From positions 22,512 to 86,511 of IMG/VR virus record IMGVR_UViG_3300029651_000001: a stretch of DNA of 64,000 nucleotides; one strand, given 5' to 3'. Positions 1 through 8,773 of this stretch are shown piece after piece. Numbering within the stretch: position 1 is the first letter of the stretch; every line of letters starts with the position of its first letter. Below the pieces are notes generated by a model that did not search any database, was not told the origin of the DNA, and worked only from the letters and a program-made list of their open reading frames with translations. The position numbers were made by a program, and so were the translations under genes. The DNA is from a virus.

Positions 1-49
1 TCCGCCATTTGCATTACTTCCAGGATGTCTTTGGTGTTTATGCTCACTG

Positions 50-331
50 TTACTCTCCCGCCCAGCTCGATAGGTTGGCCGTCGGCTTGATGACGACGAC
101 CTTACGGGCCGGGACGTCGATCTGGGCGCCGGTCTGCGGGTTGCGAGCTTTCCGGGCCGGCCGCTCCTTTACACGTAAGGTGAAGAGGTTGCGCAGGTAG
201 ATGCTGTCGCCGGCATCAACCGCCTGCTCGATGGTTCTCTCCAGGGCATCCACGACGTCGTGGACAGCCGACCTGGTTAGCCCTGTGTAGGTGTTCTGGT
301 GGACTTTTTCGATCAGTTCTTTCTTGTTCAT
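50..331 (-). CDS. HU/IHF-family histone-like DNA-binding protein
   Basis: 93 aa. Starts MNKKELIEKV and carries the beta-arm motif RKARNPQTGAQIDVPARKVVVIKP typical of HU. Confidence 0.9.
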   Translation of the reverse strand: MNKKELIEKVHQNTYTGLTRSAVHDVVDALERTIEQAVDAGDSIYLRNLFTLRVKERPARKARNPQTGAQIDVPARKVVVIKPTANLSSWAGE

Positions 332-455
332 ATAAGCTCCAAAGGGTTAAGGTCCTCCCACAAAGAAGGCCCCCGACAACAGGGGCCAAGAGGAGGAGAA
401 CTATGCGCGGAAAACAGTCTAAATGTAGGGTGTTATAATTTGCTAGCTGGCTACC

Positions 456-674
456 TCACAGGTTTACTACTTGTTTGTTAGATACTCCACAAAGTAATTG
501 AATTGAGTCGTCCGTAAGGGATTCCATCCAGGTTCGCCCGGATTTAAGTGCTTGCCCCCGTGCCGAGAAAGACCATTTTGACTCAGCCAATCGAAGCTCC
601 TGACCCTCAACCGCGGCGAGTACGACGAACCGGTATCGGTTACGTTCAGTGTTGCGTTCGGCGATCAACCTCAT
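456..674 (-). CDS. hypothetical protein
   Basis: ORF track frame. ATG at 674 is preceded by TTTTGGAGGAG. Confidence 0.5.
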   Translation of the reverse strand: MRLIAERNTERNRYRFVVLAAVEGQELRLAESKWSFSARGQALKSGRTWMESLTDDSIQLLCGVSNKQVVNL

Positions 675-834
675 GGCAGTCTCCTCCAAAACACGGTCAC
701 GAATATACCGACCACCCCGACAGATTGAAGAAAAAGGACCTTCATGATTTGAATCAGATCCATGCCGCTGCGTTCCAGTAGCGTGCTGCTCACAAACAAG
801 CAGACCACCCCAAGGATGAACAGGATTAACCTCA

Positions 835-1611
835 TTACAGCGACTCCTTCATCTTCTCGGCCAGAACGAACAATGCTTTGTTCAGCCGGCGATCCTCATC
901 GATCGATGTGATCGGACGAGAGCGAGTGCGCCGGCCCTTCTCGGAAAAGGTACGGACACCTCCCTTGATCAGATTCTCCTGGACCCGGTTCATTGTGGTC
1001 CACAAGTCGTTGCCGTAATCATCCCGGCGGCGGGGCCGTAGGAGCCCCTCGATCGTGGCGGGGTTCGGCTTGTTGTCTGCGTCCTTCAACACCCAGGCGG
1101 CCTCCGCAAAGGCTCGCTGTTGCTGGGGTCGTAGCTCAATAGCCCGCATCTCTTGGGAGAGTTCCGCGACTTTCGGGAGGTCCTCGACCACGGTGAACAC
1201 GCCCTCGATCACGTCATCCATGGTATGGCCAGTGTGTCGCACCCGGTGTGAGGCAACCATCGAATCCGGAACACACATCTGGTTCGAGCAGATGCACCGG
1301 AACAGGCCGCCCTCGAAGATCCAGGCGGAAGCGCCGTCGTGGGAATTGATGAGGGAAATCTCGCCGATAATGTCGCCCTCCTCGAGCCGGTGATCGTGGC
1401 TACGCAGGGTGACGCGGTGCTTCATGTACCCGCGGCGATTTGCGTCTCGGGCTTTCGTTTGATACGCCCGGACCGGGTAGAACCCTTGCTTCTCCAATGC
1501 CTGCAGCACTTGCAAGGTGGAGAACTGAACGTATTTCTCGGAAAGGTTCGGGGCGTGGGTCGTGGTGGCGACGGACGGGGCTTTGCTTACGACTTGGTCT
1601 AAGGTCAACAT
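835..1611 (-). CDS. DUF932-family phage/plasmid protein
   Basis: Contains the LINSHDGASAW motif, and its size is typical of DUF932. ATG at 1611 lies 8 nt after the leader CCCTTTGGAGAC. Confidence 0.8.
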   Translation of the reverse strand: MLTLDQVVSKAPSVATTTHAPNLSEKYVQFSTLQVLQALEKQGFYPVRAYQTKARDANRRGYMKHRVTLRSHDHRLEEGDIIGEISLINSHDGASAWIFEGGLFRCICSNQMCVPDSMVASHRVRHTGHTMDDVIEGVFTVVEDLPKVAELSQEMRAIELRPQQQRAFAEAAWVLKDADNKPNPATIEGLLRPRRRDDYGNDLWTTMNRVQENLIKGGVRTFSEKGRRTRSRPITSIDEDRRLNKALFVLAEKMKESL

Positions 1612-1671
1612 AGGTTTTGTCTCCAAAGGGTAAATACAAGGAGGGCGCCGATGCTGCGGCGCCTTCGTGGG

Positions 1672-1914
1672 TTAAGATTTAAGGGCCTTCACCTCCATCA
1701 AAATCGCTTTGAAATCCTCGACGGCCAGGCGCAGGTCCATCTCAGTGCCGTGAGTGCTGCACAACCTCTCCGGATTCGCCCAACCTCTCCCTTTTGGGCA
1801 ACCCTCCCTCGACGAAGACAACTCCCTTGCCTCGACTACCCGCCTAAGGCGGTTGTACTGGCTGTCCAACTCTTCCATGAGTTTCTTGTGTCTGATTTTG
1901 GTCAGTACGGGCAT
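1672..1914 (-). CDS. hypothetical protein
   Basis: 80-aa ORF starting directly after the stop of the upstream gene. Confidence 0.6.
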   Translation of the reverse strand: MPVLTKIRHKKLMEELDSQYNRLRRVVEARELSSSREGCPKGRGWANPERLCSTHGTEMDLRLAVEDFKAILMEVKALKS

Positions 1915-1916
1915 AC

Positions 1917-2174
1917 TTACCTCGTCTCTGGTCCGCTGAAACCGATGCTAGGCTCCCGGTGCTGACGGGGCGGAGTGCGGAGTACGTGCTGTTTCTCCTC
2001 GGGCTCCGGATCCTTCGTAGCCCGGTACACGCCGTAACTGGTGAAGAACCCGCCCAAAGCCTCGATCGATTCGTCCAGGTGTCGAACTAAGAACTCCCGG
2101 CCGAAGTAGAAACCTCCGCCAGCGCCGATGAGGAAAACGAGGGTGAGCTTGGTAAACTCGGTTATGTCGATCAT
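1917..2174 (-). CDS. small membrane protein
   Basis: Hydrophobic segment LTLVFLIGAGGGFYF. Leader motif lies upstream of the ATG at 2174. Confidence 0.65.
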   Translation of the reverse strand: MIDITEFTKLTLVFLIGAGGGFYFGREFLVRHLDESIEALGGFFTSYGVYRATKDPEPEEKQHVLRTPPRQHREPSIGFSGPETR

Positions 2175-2211
2175 GCTTGTCTCCAAAGGTTGTGGTGATT
2201 AGCTCAGCAAA

Positions 2212-2478
2212 TTAAGTACCCGTCCTTAACAGCTCCTCGCTGCGATCGATCACCTCGACCTCGCCTGTGGTCTGTATCCAAACCTTTGCGCCGCAAGAGA
2301 GTGGGTTATCCGGCCGGTAAACGACTCGCGCCGCCTCCTTGCCGTCCTGTCCGTAGATGACCACCTCGTGGCCATAGGCGTTAGTCTTGCCTTGCTTGAC
2401 GGTCACCACCGGGAAGCGGAAGCCGTTCCTTGCGTTGGCTTTGATACGATGCTGGTTGACGTGGATGATCGATTTCAT
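2212..2478 (-). CDS. hypothetical protein
   Basis: Internal ATG at 2478 follows the leader AACCCTTTGGAGACC. The longer N-terminal extension in the track overlaps the upstream gene. Confidence 0.7.
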   Translation of the reverse strand: MKSIIHVNQHRIKANARNGFRFPVVTVKQGKTNAYGHEVVIYGQDGKEAARVVYRPDNPLSCGAKVWIQTTGEVEVIDRSEELLRTGT

Positions 2479-2498
2479 AAGGTCTCCAAAGGGTTGAG

Positions 2499-2990
2499 TT
2501 ATCTCATGTCCTTGCGATGAGCAAAGCAAGGGTTCAGGCTTGCGTTGTTCGGATATGCTTTGGTTGACTGCCCTGTCTTTAGGCATGTCCCGTAGCACAC
2601 CCATTTCCCGTTCTCCTTGCGTTGGAAAAAGCCACAGTCATTACAATCCGCGTCTATCTTCTGGCACTCGTAGGCTTCTTGGGCCTGTCCAGTCGACTTG
2701 CACTCCTTGTGACAAGGAGACTGGAAGGCCCACCAGTATGACGTCGTGGTGTCGAACGTCTTATCCGTGAGTGGTCCATTACAGAACCTGCACGTTTTGC
2801 TCGGACTGAGGTGCTTCAGCAAGAGGTAGGCCCGTAGGTACCGGTCTGGACTTGGGTCTAGTTCGGCTACCTCCAGTCTCTGGCCGGACAGAAGCGCCAG
2901 CTTCATGTCCTTTTCGGAGATGGGCAAAGGTCCTTCGAAGCCCAGGCTGAGGTGTTTTAGAAGTTGTCTATCTCGTTTGTCATTACTCAT
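2499..2990 (-). CDS. Cys-rich (zinc-binding-like) hypothetical protein
   Basis: Several CxxC-type cysteine pairs. Its ATG overlaps the upstream stop (ATGAGTAA). Confidence 0.65.
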   Translation of the reverse strand: MSNDKRDRQLLKHLSLGFEGPLPISEKDMKLALLSGQRLEVAELDPSPDRYLRAYLLLKHLSPSKTCRFCNGPLTDKTFDTTTSYWWAFQSPCHKECKSTGQAQEAYECQKIDADCNDCGFFQRKENGKWVCYGTCLKTGQSTKAYPNNASLNPCFAHRKDMR

Positions 2991-3135
2991 GGTCTTTCTC
3001 AAATACGAACGCCCCGCACTCCGGGCACTCCAGATCGGAGAACTGGTCGCCGGCTTCGTGGCGCAAATGGGCATCTTTTGCGGGGTTGGGGTCGGTTCCT
3101 TCCCAGGCGCAGTTTTGGCAAGCGTAAGTAATCAT
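2983..3135 (-). CDS. 50-aa zinc-ribbon mini-protein
   Basis: Hand translation gives MITYACQNCAWEG...ECPECGAFVFEKDHE. ATGA overlap at its start and an ATGAGTAA overlap with the downstream gene's start at its 3' end. Below the ORF-track length cut-off. Confidence 0.5.
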   Translation of the reverse strand: MITYACQNCAWEGTDPNPAKDAHLRHEAGDQFSDLECPECGAFVFEKDHE

Positions 3136-3641
3136 AAGGCATCCCTTGCCTCGAACTCAGTCCAGGACTTGAACACGCGTCCGCTCAAGTGAGTCCTCTT
3201 GAACCGGTAAACCTCTCCGTGCTGGGACAATCCGTATTGCCTTTTCCGATTGGTGACCTGAAGACCTGTAGGTTTGAGCCTGGGCTTGAGCTCGACGATG
3301 TCACCCTCCTCGAACTTAGTGTTCCGAGCGGCGTGATACCTCCTAACTCTCTCCCGCCACTCCTCGCTCGCCACCGGAACCATGTCGAGGTAGGAGAGCG
3401 GGCAGGTGTAATAGTAGGGGTGCATCGATTCACACATGTCCTTGTAACCCCATCGGCAATGTTCAGGGTGCCTCGACGCCTTACTGAGCAAGTAGCAGCC
3501 GATGAACCTGTCTTTGACTCCTTGTTCTACTGTCCACAAGGTGTTGCCGACTGTGCAGTGGGCGTAGACGGTGGCGCCGTTCCCTTCGACGAGGTGTCTG
3601 ATTAGGTCCTTACGAGTGGGTTCACAGAATAGCCAGCCCAT
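3132..3641 (-). CDS. hypothetical protein
   Basis: ATG at 3641 (MGWLFCEPTRKD...) immediately follows the upstream stop. The upstream part of the track ORF looks non-coding. Confidence 0.7.
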   Translation of the reverse strand: MGWLFCEPTRKDLIRHLVEGNGATVYAHCTVGNTLWTVEQGVKDRFIGCYLLSKASRHPEHCRWGYKDMCESMHPYYYTCPLSYLDMVPVASEEWRERVRRYHAARNTKFEEGDIVELKPRLKPTGLQVTNRKRQYGLSQHGEVYRFKRTHLSGRVFKSWTEFEARDAL

Positions 3642-3643
3642 AG

Positions 3644-3946
3644 TTATGTTCTCCCCTTGGCTTCTGCCAAAGCTTCTGCCACCATGTCGGCAAAATAATC
3701 GTCCTTGTACTTGGTGTAGAACTCTTCGGATGTCTTGTAACAGCAGCACCCGAGGTAGGCAGTACCGAGTTCCTTGCCATCCATCCAAGCAGACACCTTG
3801 GCGCGGAACCAGGCTAAATCTGTAATCTTCCGGTAGTCCTTTTCAGACCAGCCGCACTCCTTGATGAAGTGGTGGCGCATGGAAGTGTCTTCAGGCTCGG
3901 CCTCGAAACAGATGATGAAGCCATCTCGCTCAAATAGTGGGATCAT
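3644..3946 (-). CDS. hypothetical protein
   Basis: ATG at 3946 follows the leader TACCCTTTGGAGAA. Confidence 0.7.
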   Translation of the reverse strand: MIPLFERDGFIICFEAEPEDTSMRHHFIKECGWSEKDYRKITDLAWFRAKVSAWMDGKELGTAYLGCCCYKTSEEFYTKYKDDYFADMVAEALAEAKGRT

Positions 3947-4071
3947 AGGTTTTCTCCAAAGGGTAAATACAGGCTCCGTATGCTGCGGAGCCAAGAGTTA
4001 CTTCCGCCGCCGCAGCCAACGGCGCAGGACTCGGAACAAGGAGAGGTAAAAGTTAAGAATCCAACTGTGCA

Positions 4072-4401
4072 TCAGTCCTCTTCGAAGGCGGTGTGCCCAA
4101 TAACCAACGCCGCGGTCGTCCTCAACCCTCGCTCAAGCTCCTCGATCCGATCCAGCAACTTAAGCACGGTGGCAGGGTTGAAGGTGGCGATGTGTTTAGC
4201 GTTCACTTCCGCCGGCTCAATGTGTACGTGAATAGCCTCCGCGTGCCACGTCTTTCTACCGTGATACAGATACTCCACATCGATCGTCTGGGTAGGTAGG
4301 TCTGCTTCCTCCCCTGCAGGCAGGAGTTCTCCGAGTTTCCATTCACCTTGGTTCGCCGCCTCGGCGATGCGCCGAAGCCTCGCTAAATTCAATTCAGTCA
4401 T
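4072..4401 (-). CDS. Ead/Ea22-like protein (paralog A)
   Basis: Motifs AEAANQGEW and NAKHIATFNPATVLKLLDRIEELE. Confidence 0.7.
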   Translation of the reverse strand: MTELNLARLRRIAEAANQGEWKLGELLPAGEEADLPTQTIDVEYLYHGRKTWHAEAIHVHIEPAEVNAKHIATFNPATVLKLLDRIEELERGLRTTAALVIGHTAFEED

Positions 4402-4445
4402 TCTTTTGCCTCATGTTCTTCGATGGACTCAATCTCGTGCTTTGC

Positions 4446-4631
4446 CTACATTGCCGCACCGTCTGCACTGCGCCTAGACGTTAGATCAACACGAACCTGG
4501 TCTCCTTTCTCGATCCGCCACCCGTATGGGAACGGCTCCATCGCCTCCAAGTAAGTGATCTTTACCAACCAGCCCTTATGGCTGAACTCCTGTGCAACCA
4601 TATACGTCATCCCATTATCCAATTCGCTCAC
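4446..4631 (-). CDS. hypothetical protein
   Basis: GTG at 4631 overlaps the upstream stop (GTGA). The N-terminal part of the track ORF is Arg-rich and unlikely to be coding. Confidence 0.45.
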   Translation of the reverse strand: MSELDNGMTYMVAQEFSHKGWLVKITYLEAMEPFPYGWRIEKGDQVRVDLTSRRSADGAAM

Positions 4632-4936
4632 GGCTTGTCTCCCCATTCCAAGCAGTCGTCGATGTTCGCCCGCAAGTCGTAGCCGTTCTCCCGCTCGAAG
4701 TTCCTGGCGAGCCAAACGTCGCCCAGGCGGGAGGCGCCGGTCACCCGGTAACGCTCGCCCTGGTAGGTGCAGAAGAGCTTGAACTGCTTCATCCAAGGTC
4801 TGAAGTACGACTGGAACACCGCGTTCAGCCGCATGTGAAACAGAACGAAACGGGCGTAGTTCTCCTCGTGGGAGTAGTTGTCGATCCAGTCGTCGACGTG
4901 GGTCGGACTAGTAGATAAGGCGGATTCCGTTGTCAT
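4628..4936 (-). CDS. hypothetical protein
   Basis: 102-aa ORF in the operon frame. Confidence 0.65.
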   Translation of the reverse strand: MTTESALSTSPTHVDDWIDNYSHEENYARFVLFHMRLNAVFQSYFRPWMKQFKLFCTYQGERYRVTGASRLGDVWLARNFERENGYDLRANIDDCLEWGDKP

Positions 4937-5216
4937 CTTCTTCCTCGCTGGTAACTAAATCAGGTTCAAACACATCAACAACTTCGAAACTTTCCGGGCT
5001 GATCTCCACATGAGTGATCGGCCATCCTTTAGCCTCGGCATAGGCGTTGATCTCGATCTCGGTGGGAGCAAGGTCCTCTATGACCTGCTCCGGATCGAAC
5101 TGCCTTTCCTTCACTAGATTGTTGGCGATCTTCTCGGCTTGTTCCAAACTGTCCGCCTCAACCTCTATCTCGATGCCGACGGCAGCGCTGGCTTCGAAAT
5201 GGACTCGGTACTTCAT
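4908..5216 (-). CDS. acidic hypothetical protein
   Basis: 102-aa ORF rich in Glu and Asp. Confidence 0.7.
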   Translation of the reverse strand: MKYRVHFEASAAVGIEIEVEADSLEQAEKIANNLVKERQFDPEQVIEDLAPTEIEINAYAEAKGWPITHVEISPESFEVVDVFEPDLVTSEEEDDNGIRLIY

Positions 5217-5220
5217 ACCT

Positions 5221-5568
5221 TTACTCCGATGCTTTTAACCGGTCATCCCAACAACATTCGCCTATCCATTCGTCTTGGTGGAGGTGCGCGGTTTCTGGGC
5301 TCGCTATTTCGCCGCAGAGGCTGCACTTGACAGTTCCACAACCTTGGTCGAGTGGGATTGACGGCATCGGGCTTACGTCAGGCTCATAAGCGTCAGGGAT
5401 AGCCACTTCGTCGGGATGTATTTTGTACATCCAATCGATTAAACAAGATTGCTCGCCGGTATACTTCTGCATCTGTTCCGTTAGAAGCGCGGAGATCCCG
5501 TCACAAGCGCTGTCCTCGTCCTCGGCGTCAATTAGGAGCTGAACAACCGCGGTATAGGCTTTCTTCAT
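5221..5568 (-). CDS. Cys-containing hypothetical protein
   Basis: Start MKKAYTAVV. C-terminal motif CSLCGE...ECC. Confidence 0.65.
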   Translation of the reverse strand: MKKAYTAVVQLLIDAEDEDSACDGISALLTEQMQKYTGEQSCLIDWMYKIHPDEVAIPDAYEPDVSPMPSIPLDQGCGTVKCSLCGEIASPETAHLHQDEWIGECCWDDRLKASE

Positions 5569-5710
5569 CTTCCACCTCACTCACATGAATTTCTAACTCA
5601 CCCAACGCGGCCTCGATCCGGCCGCGCAGGATCTCCCGCGCCTCGTCTTCGGACGAGGCCTCGATTTCGTCCTCGAAGTTGTCTTCGAGGTAGCAATAGA
5701 ACTTAGCCAT
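5528..5710 (-). CDS. acidic hypothetical protein
   Basis: Start MAKFYCYLEDNFEDE. Confidence 0.55.
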   Translation of the reverse strand: MAKFYCYLEDNFEDEIEASSEDEAREILRGRIEAALGELEIHVSEVEDEESLYRGCSAPN

Positions 5711-5723
5711 TACTACTTCACTT

Positions 5724-6002
5724 TCAAGTCGGTCCAGCAGCAGCATTCTTCATTCTTTCCTGAAGTTTCCCGGCCTCCAGCAGCCACTGGCCGGGCGAGT
5801 GTCTCGTCACGATCTCCTCGAACTCCAGCGGGGCTTCGTCCATGACGAAATACCAGAGTTCCGAGAACCTCTGATGGACTTTGACATCTAGCCGTAGCTG
5901 CTTTAACTCTCGGATCGCGTCGTCGAAGAGTTGATCCGGCCGCTCGTCGATTATTGGGAAGCTGGCTTTGGCCACTTCCAACCTTTCCAGGATGTCTTTC
6001 AT
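5724..6002 (-). CDS. hypothetical protein
   Basis: 92-aa ORF with an ATGA-type junction to the upstream gene. Confidence 0.7.
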   Translation of the reverse strand: MKDILERLEVAKASFPIIDERPDQLFDDAIRELKQLRLDVKVHQRFSELWYFVMDEAPLEFEEIVTRHSPGQWLLEAGKLQERMKNAAAGPT

Positions 6003-6373
6003 GTCCTCACCTCTGTCCCCTTAGGCAGTAACGGGCAGTCAACACGCTGTATTTTTCCTGTGAACCGGGTGTTTCCATTCTTGAACCGTTTGTACTTACC
6101 AACGAAGCGGTAAACGCCGACCTCGGAGCAAGGCCCGTTGTTCCTGATCTGATCCCACATGAAATCCTGCCTGTCCGCAAAGTATCTTGGTCCTTCCCCG
6201 AAGGTGGGAAAGTCACTCTCAATCACTACCATATCCCCATGTTGGCCGTAGATGAACAGAAACGCGCCTTCATGCTCTGTCCCTGGTTCGGCTTCGAGGT
6301 GCCCAAAGGTCGCGTGCATGACCTGGGCTTTGTGTCTCGATTCCGATTCGACGAATGCGTCTGCTAAACTCAT
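5999..6373 (-). CDS. hypothetical protein
   Basis: 124-aa ORF. Confidence 0.7.
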   Translation of the reverse strand: MSLADAFVESESRHKAQVMHATFGHLEAEPGTEHEGAFLFIYGQHGDMVVIESDFPTFGEGPRYFADRQDFMWDQIRNNGPCSEVGVYRFVGKYKRFKNGNTRFTGKIQRVDCPLLPKGTEVRT

Positions 6374-6714
6374 ACTTTCACTCCCAGCTTCTCAAGTACT
6401 GCCCTCGCTCGATCCCTGGCCTCATAGTCGTAGTCCCGCTTGTCCTCTTCGTCCGCGATCTCTATCCAGTTTTCGAGGCAGGACGTGACCTGGGCGAGGA
6501 CCTCAGCGGCTTCGATGAGGTCGGGGAGGGCGTTGCGCATCTCAGCAACCAAGTCCAGGTTGGCTTGTCCGTCCTTAACCGCTCGTCTGTCCCCGTGAAA
6601 AGGTTCGAGGATGTAGTCCATGCCCCCTGGCGCGGGGACGGCGACTACAGCCCCGGTGGAAATCCATTCGCCCGGGGTTGCTTTGGCAAGCAGATCTTTT
6701 AATCGTTGGAGCAT
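6370..6714 (-). CDS. Ead/Ea22-like protein (paralog B)
   Basis: Motifs LLAKATPGEW and NALPDLIEAAEVL. Confidence 0.75.
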   Translation of the reverse strand: MLQRLKDLLAKATPGEWISTGAVVAVPAPGGMDYILEPFHGDRRAVKDGQANLDLVAEMRNALPDLIEAAEVLAQVTSCLENWIEIADEEDKRDYDYEARDRARAVLEKLGVKV

Positions 6715-7040
6715 TCGATTTCTCCTTTGAGCTTTTCCAGAATTTTCGAAACCACGTCGCCAGCTAACATACCTTGCGCCGTTTCTAAGAACTTCTCCCG
6801 ATCCTCATCCAGGTATGCCCCCCGCAAGATGTGCAGAGCCTCAGCGGCTTCGATGAGGTCGGGCATGAGGTTATGGGCGAGAACAATGAATTCCGTATCA
6901 GCCGAGTACTCTTTCAGTTCCCGCCCATAGTTGGTCCGACAAACTACAATCCCGTCGGCATCCGTGACATAAACCTCGGAGGCCTTTTCCCATTCCCCTG
7001 GCGTTGCTCTGGAAAGGGCATCTTTCAATCGGTGGAGCAT
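6699..7040 (-). CDS. Ead/Ea22-like protein (paralog C)
   Basis: Start MLHRLKDALSRATPGEW and motif NLMPDLIEAAEAL. Confidence 0.75.
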   Translation of the reverse strand: MLHRLKDALSRATPGEWEKASEVYVTDADGIVVCRTNYGRELKEYSADTEFIVLAHNLMPDLIEAAEALHILRGAYLDEDREKFLETAQGMLAGDVVSKILEKLKGEIECSND

Positions 7041-7423
7041 TTCTCTGCCTCCAGTTTGGATAACGCATCCCGCACCCTGCGAATGAGAGGCTGAGCTTCT
7101 CTGATCGGAAGTCGATCCCCAATGTGGGCAGACGAGAACTCGACCCAAGCTTGCATTGCCTCGATGGCTTCGATCAGATTCGGCATGCTGTTGTGGGCGG
7201 TGGTGATGAATTCGGCGTCACCGCGGTGAAACTCGAATAGGTCATGGTTTGTAGTTACGTACCTGTCCTTTACTTGTATGCTAGTGAATGGGCGTGCCTC
7301 GTACTCAGCACGGTTCTCTTCACTCAACTCCCAGATTGGCCCGTCGAAATCCTCGTGTTGCCTGCACGGTTTCCACTCCCCCGGCGTTGCCGCGGCGAGC
7401 GCGGCTTTCAGTTTCTCTAGCAT
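7025..7423 (-). CDS. Ead/Ea22-like protein (paralog D)
   Basis: Start MLEKLKAALAAATPGEW and motif NSMPNLIEAIEAM. Confidence 0.75.
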   Translation of the reverse strand: MLEKLKAALAAATPGEWKPCRQHEDFDGPIWELSEENRAEYEARPFTSIQVKDRYVTTNHDLFEFHRGDAEFITTAHNSMPNLIEAIEAMQAWVEFSSAHIGDRLPIREAQPLIRRVRDALSKLEAEKCSTD

Positions 7424-7623
7424 TCGTCGGTCTCCTCTCGAGCTGATTCGATGTAGTCCAGAATTTCCCCAATGGTCTTGTGTTGGAAATCCGGGTATTC
7501 AAAAGCAGGGATCAGTACACTCAGCGCGTCTTGTAGAAACTCGTCCTCGTCGTATACATCGGAAAGCACTTCGCCCAATCCATAGTGGTAGTAAATGTAT
7601 TTCTCAGCACGGTAGGGACTCAC
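7417..7623 (-). CDS. hypothetical protein
   Basis: 68-aa ORF overlapping both neighbours by a few nt. Confidence 0.6.
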   Translation of the reverse strand: MSPYRAEKYIYYHYGLGEVLSDVYDEDEFLQDALSVLIPAFEYPDFQHKTIGEILDYIESAREETDEC

Positions 7624-7958
7624 GAGCTACTCCCGACCACTTTGGCCAGCGCAGATAAACACTTGGCGTGAATCGCGTCCGCATCCTCCATTGTGAGAGC
7701 AGTGCGTCCGTCGATACGCTTGATTGCCTGCAGCGCCTCGATCAACTCCCTCACCACTCCATCCTCCAACGCCTCGGTCGGGATGCCCTCGCAGGCGTTG
7801 ACGCAGGCGACAATGCGGCGGGCGCTGGCCTCCTGAATCTCCGGCAGGAACTCGTCATTGTGTGTCAGGTAGAAAACCCACCCTTTATCATTTCCGATGA
7901 GGGTTATGTTTGCGTCCGGGTGGCTTTTGACGTGCCACGGTTCGGGCGGGTAGCTCAT
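7620..7958 (-). CDS. Ead/Ea22-like protein (paralog E, divergent)
   Basis: N-terminal PPEPWHV motif. Same size class and position as the other paralogs. Confidence 0.6.
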   Translation of the reverse strand: MSYPPEPWHVKSHPDANITLIGNDKGWVFYLTHNDEFLPEIQEASARRIVACVNACEGIPTEALEDGVVRELIEALQAIKRIDGRTALTMEDADAIHAKCLSALAKVVGSSS

Positions 7959-8302
7959 GCCTGGTCTCCTTTCAATCTAGATACAAACTCTCTGGCTGTA
8001 GCCATGGTCAGGGCCGGTATGATGTAAGCCGTGGTCCCGGCAGGTCCCTTCATGCTTATGCTTCGAGTGATGCACTCAAGGATATCGAGCAGGTCAGGTG
8101 CCGCCTCGATCAACTTTTGATTCCGTTCGCTCCGTTCCTCTGCGACCTTAGCCCTGCGGTCGCCCTCCTCGTCGGAGATTTCGTAACCATCAAAGACCCA
8201 GTGCCGCTGCTCACGGTTGGCTTCGAGGATGGTGTAGGCACCCTCGGTGTCGGGGTGGTGGACGACGGTCCAGGGACCGGGTGTGTGTGTGTCATTCGCC
8301 AT
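7955..8302 (-). CDS. Ead/Ea22-like protein (paralog F)
   Basis: Motifs THTPGPWTV and LIEAAPDLLDILE. Leader motif upstream. Confidence 0.7.
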   Translation of the reverse strand: MANDTHTPGPWTVVHHPDTEGAYTILEANREQRHWVFDGYEISDEEGDRRAKVAEERSERNQKLIEAAPDLLDILECITRSISMKGPAGTTAYIIPALTMATAREFVSRLKGDQA

Positions 8303-8371
8303 AATGTGTCTCCAAAGGGTGCGACGCCGTTTTGCGACGGCGCCGCAGGGTCAACTCCGGTCTCTGTGGGT

Positions 8372-8764
8372 TTACCCCTTGAGGGCGGCGATGCGGGCCT
8401 CGAGTTCTTCGACGCTGAGGTCCTTCAACGCTTCGTCCTTCTTGTGTTCCAGGACTTCCACCAGGCGCCCCAGTTCGGCCCTGCGCTGAGACGCGGCTTT
8501 CGCCTCTTCGCGCTCCTTGAGCTTGACGGCGATGATATGTTTCAAGATGTCCAGCTTGAGGGACAGCTCCTCGGACACCGGGCTTTTCTCGGTCACGAAG
8601 CTTTCCTCGGCCGACTCTTTCAGCTGAGCGTTGACGCCCTTCGCCACGATATCCAAGTCGAATCCGGTCTTGGACTGGAGTGGCAGATCCCACAGCTGTT
8701 CTGTGGATAAATCCCCGCGGATGCTGGAGAAACGGAGTTTCAAACGTGTAGCTTTTTCGAACAT
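8372..8764 (-). CDS. coiled-coil hypothetical protein, partner of the 660-aa ORF
   Basis: 130-aa ORF starting 10 nt after the stop of the 660-aa gene. Confidence 0.75.
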   Translation of the reverse strand: MFEKATRLKLRFSSIRGDLSTEQLWDLPLQSKTGFDLDIVAKGVNAQLKESAEESFVTEKSPVSEELSLKLDILKHIIAVKLKEREEAKAASQRRAELGRLVEVLEHKKDEALKDLSVEELEARIAALKG

Positions 8765-8773
8765 GTACCTACC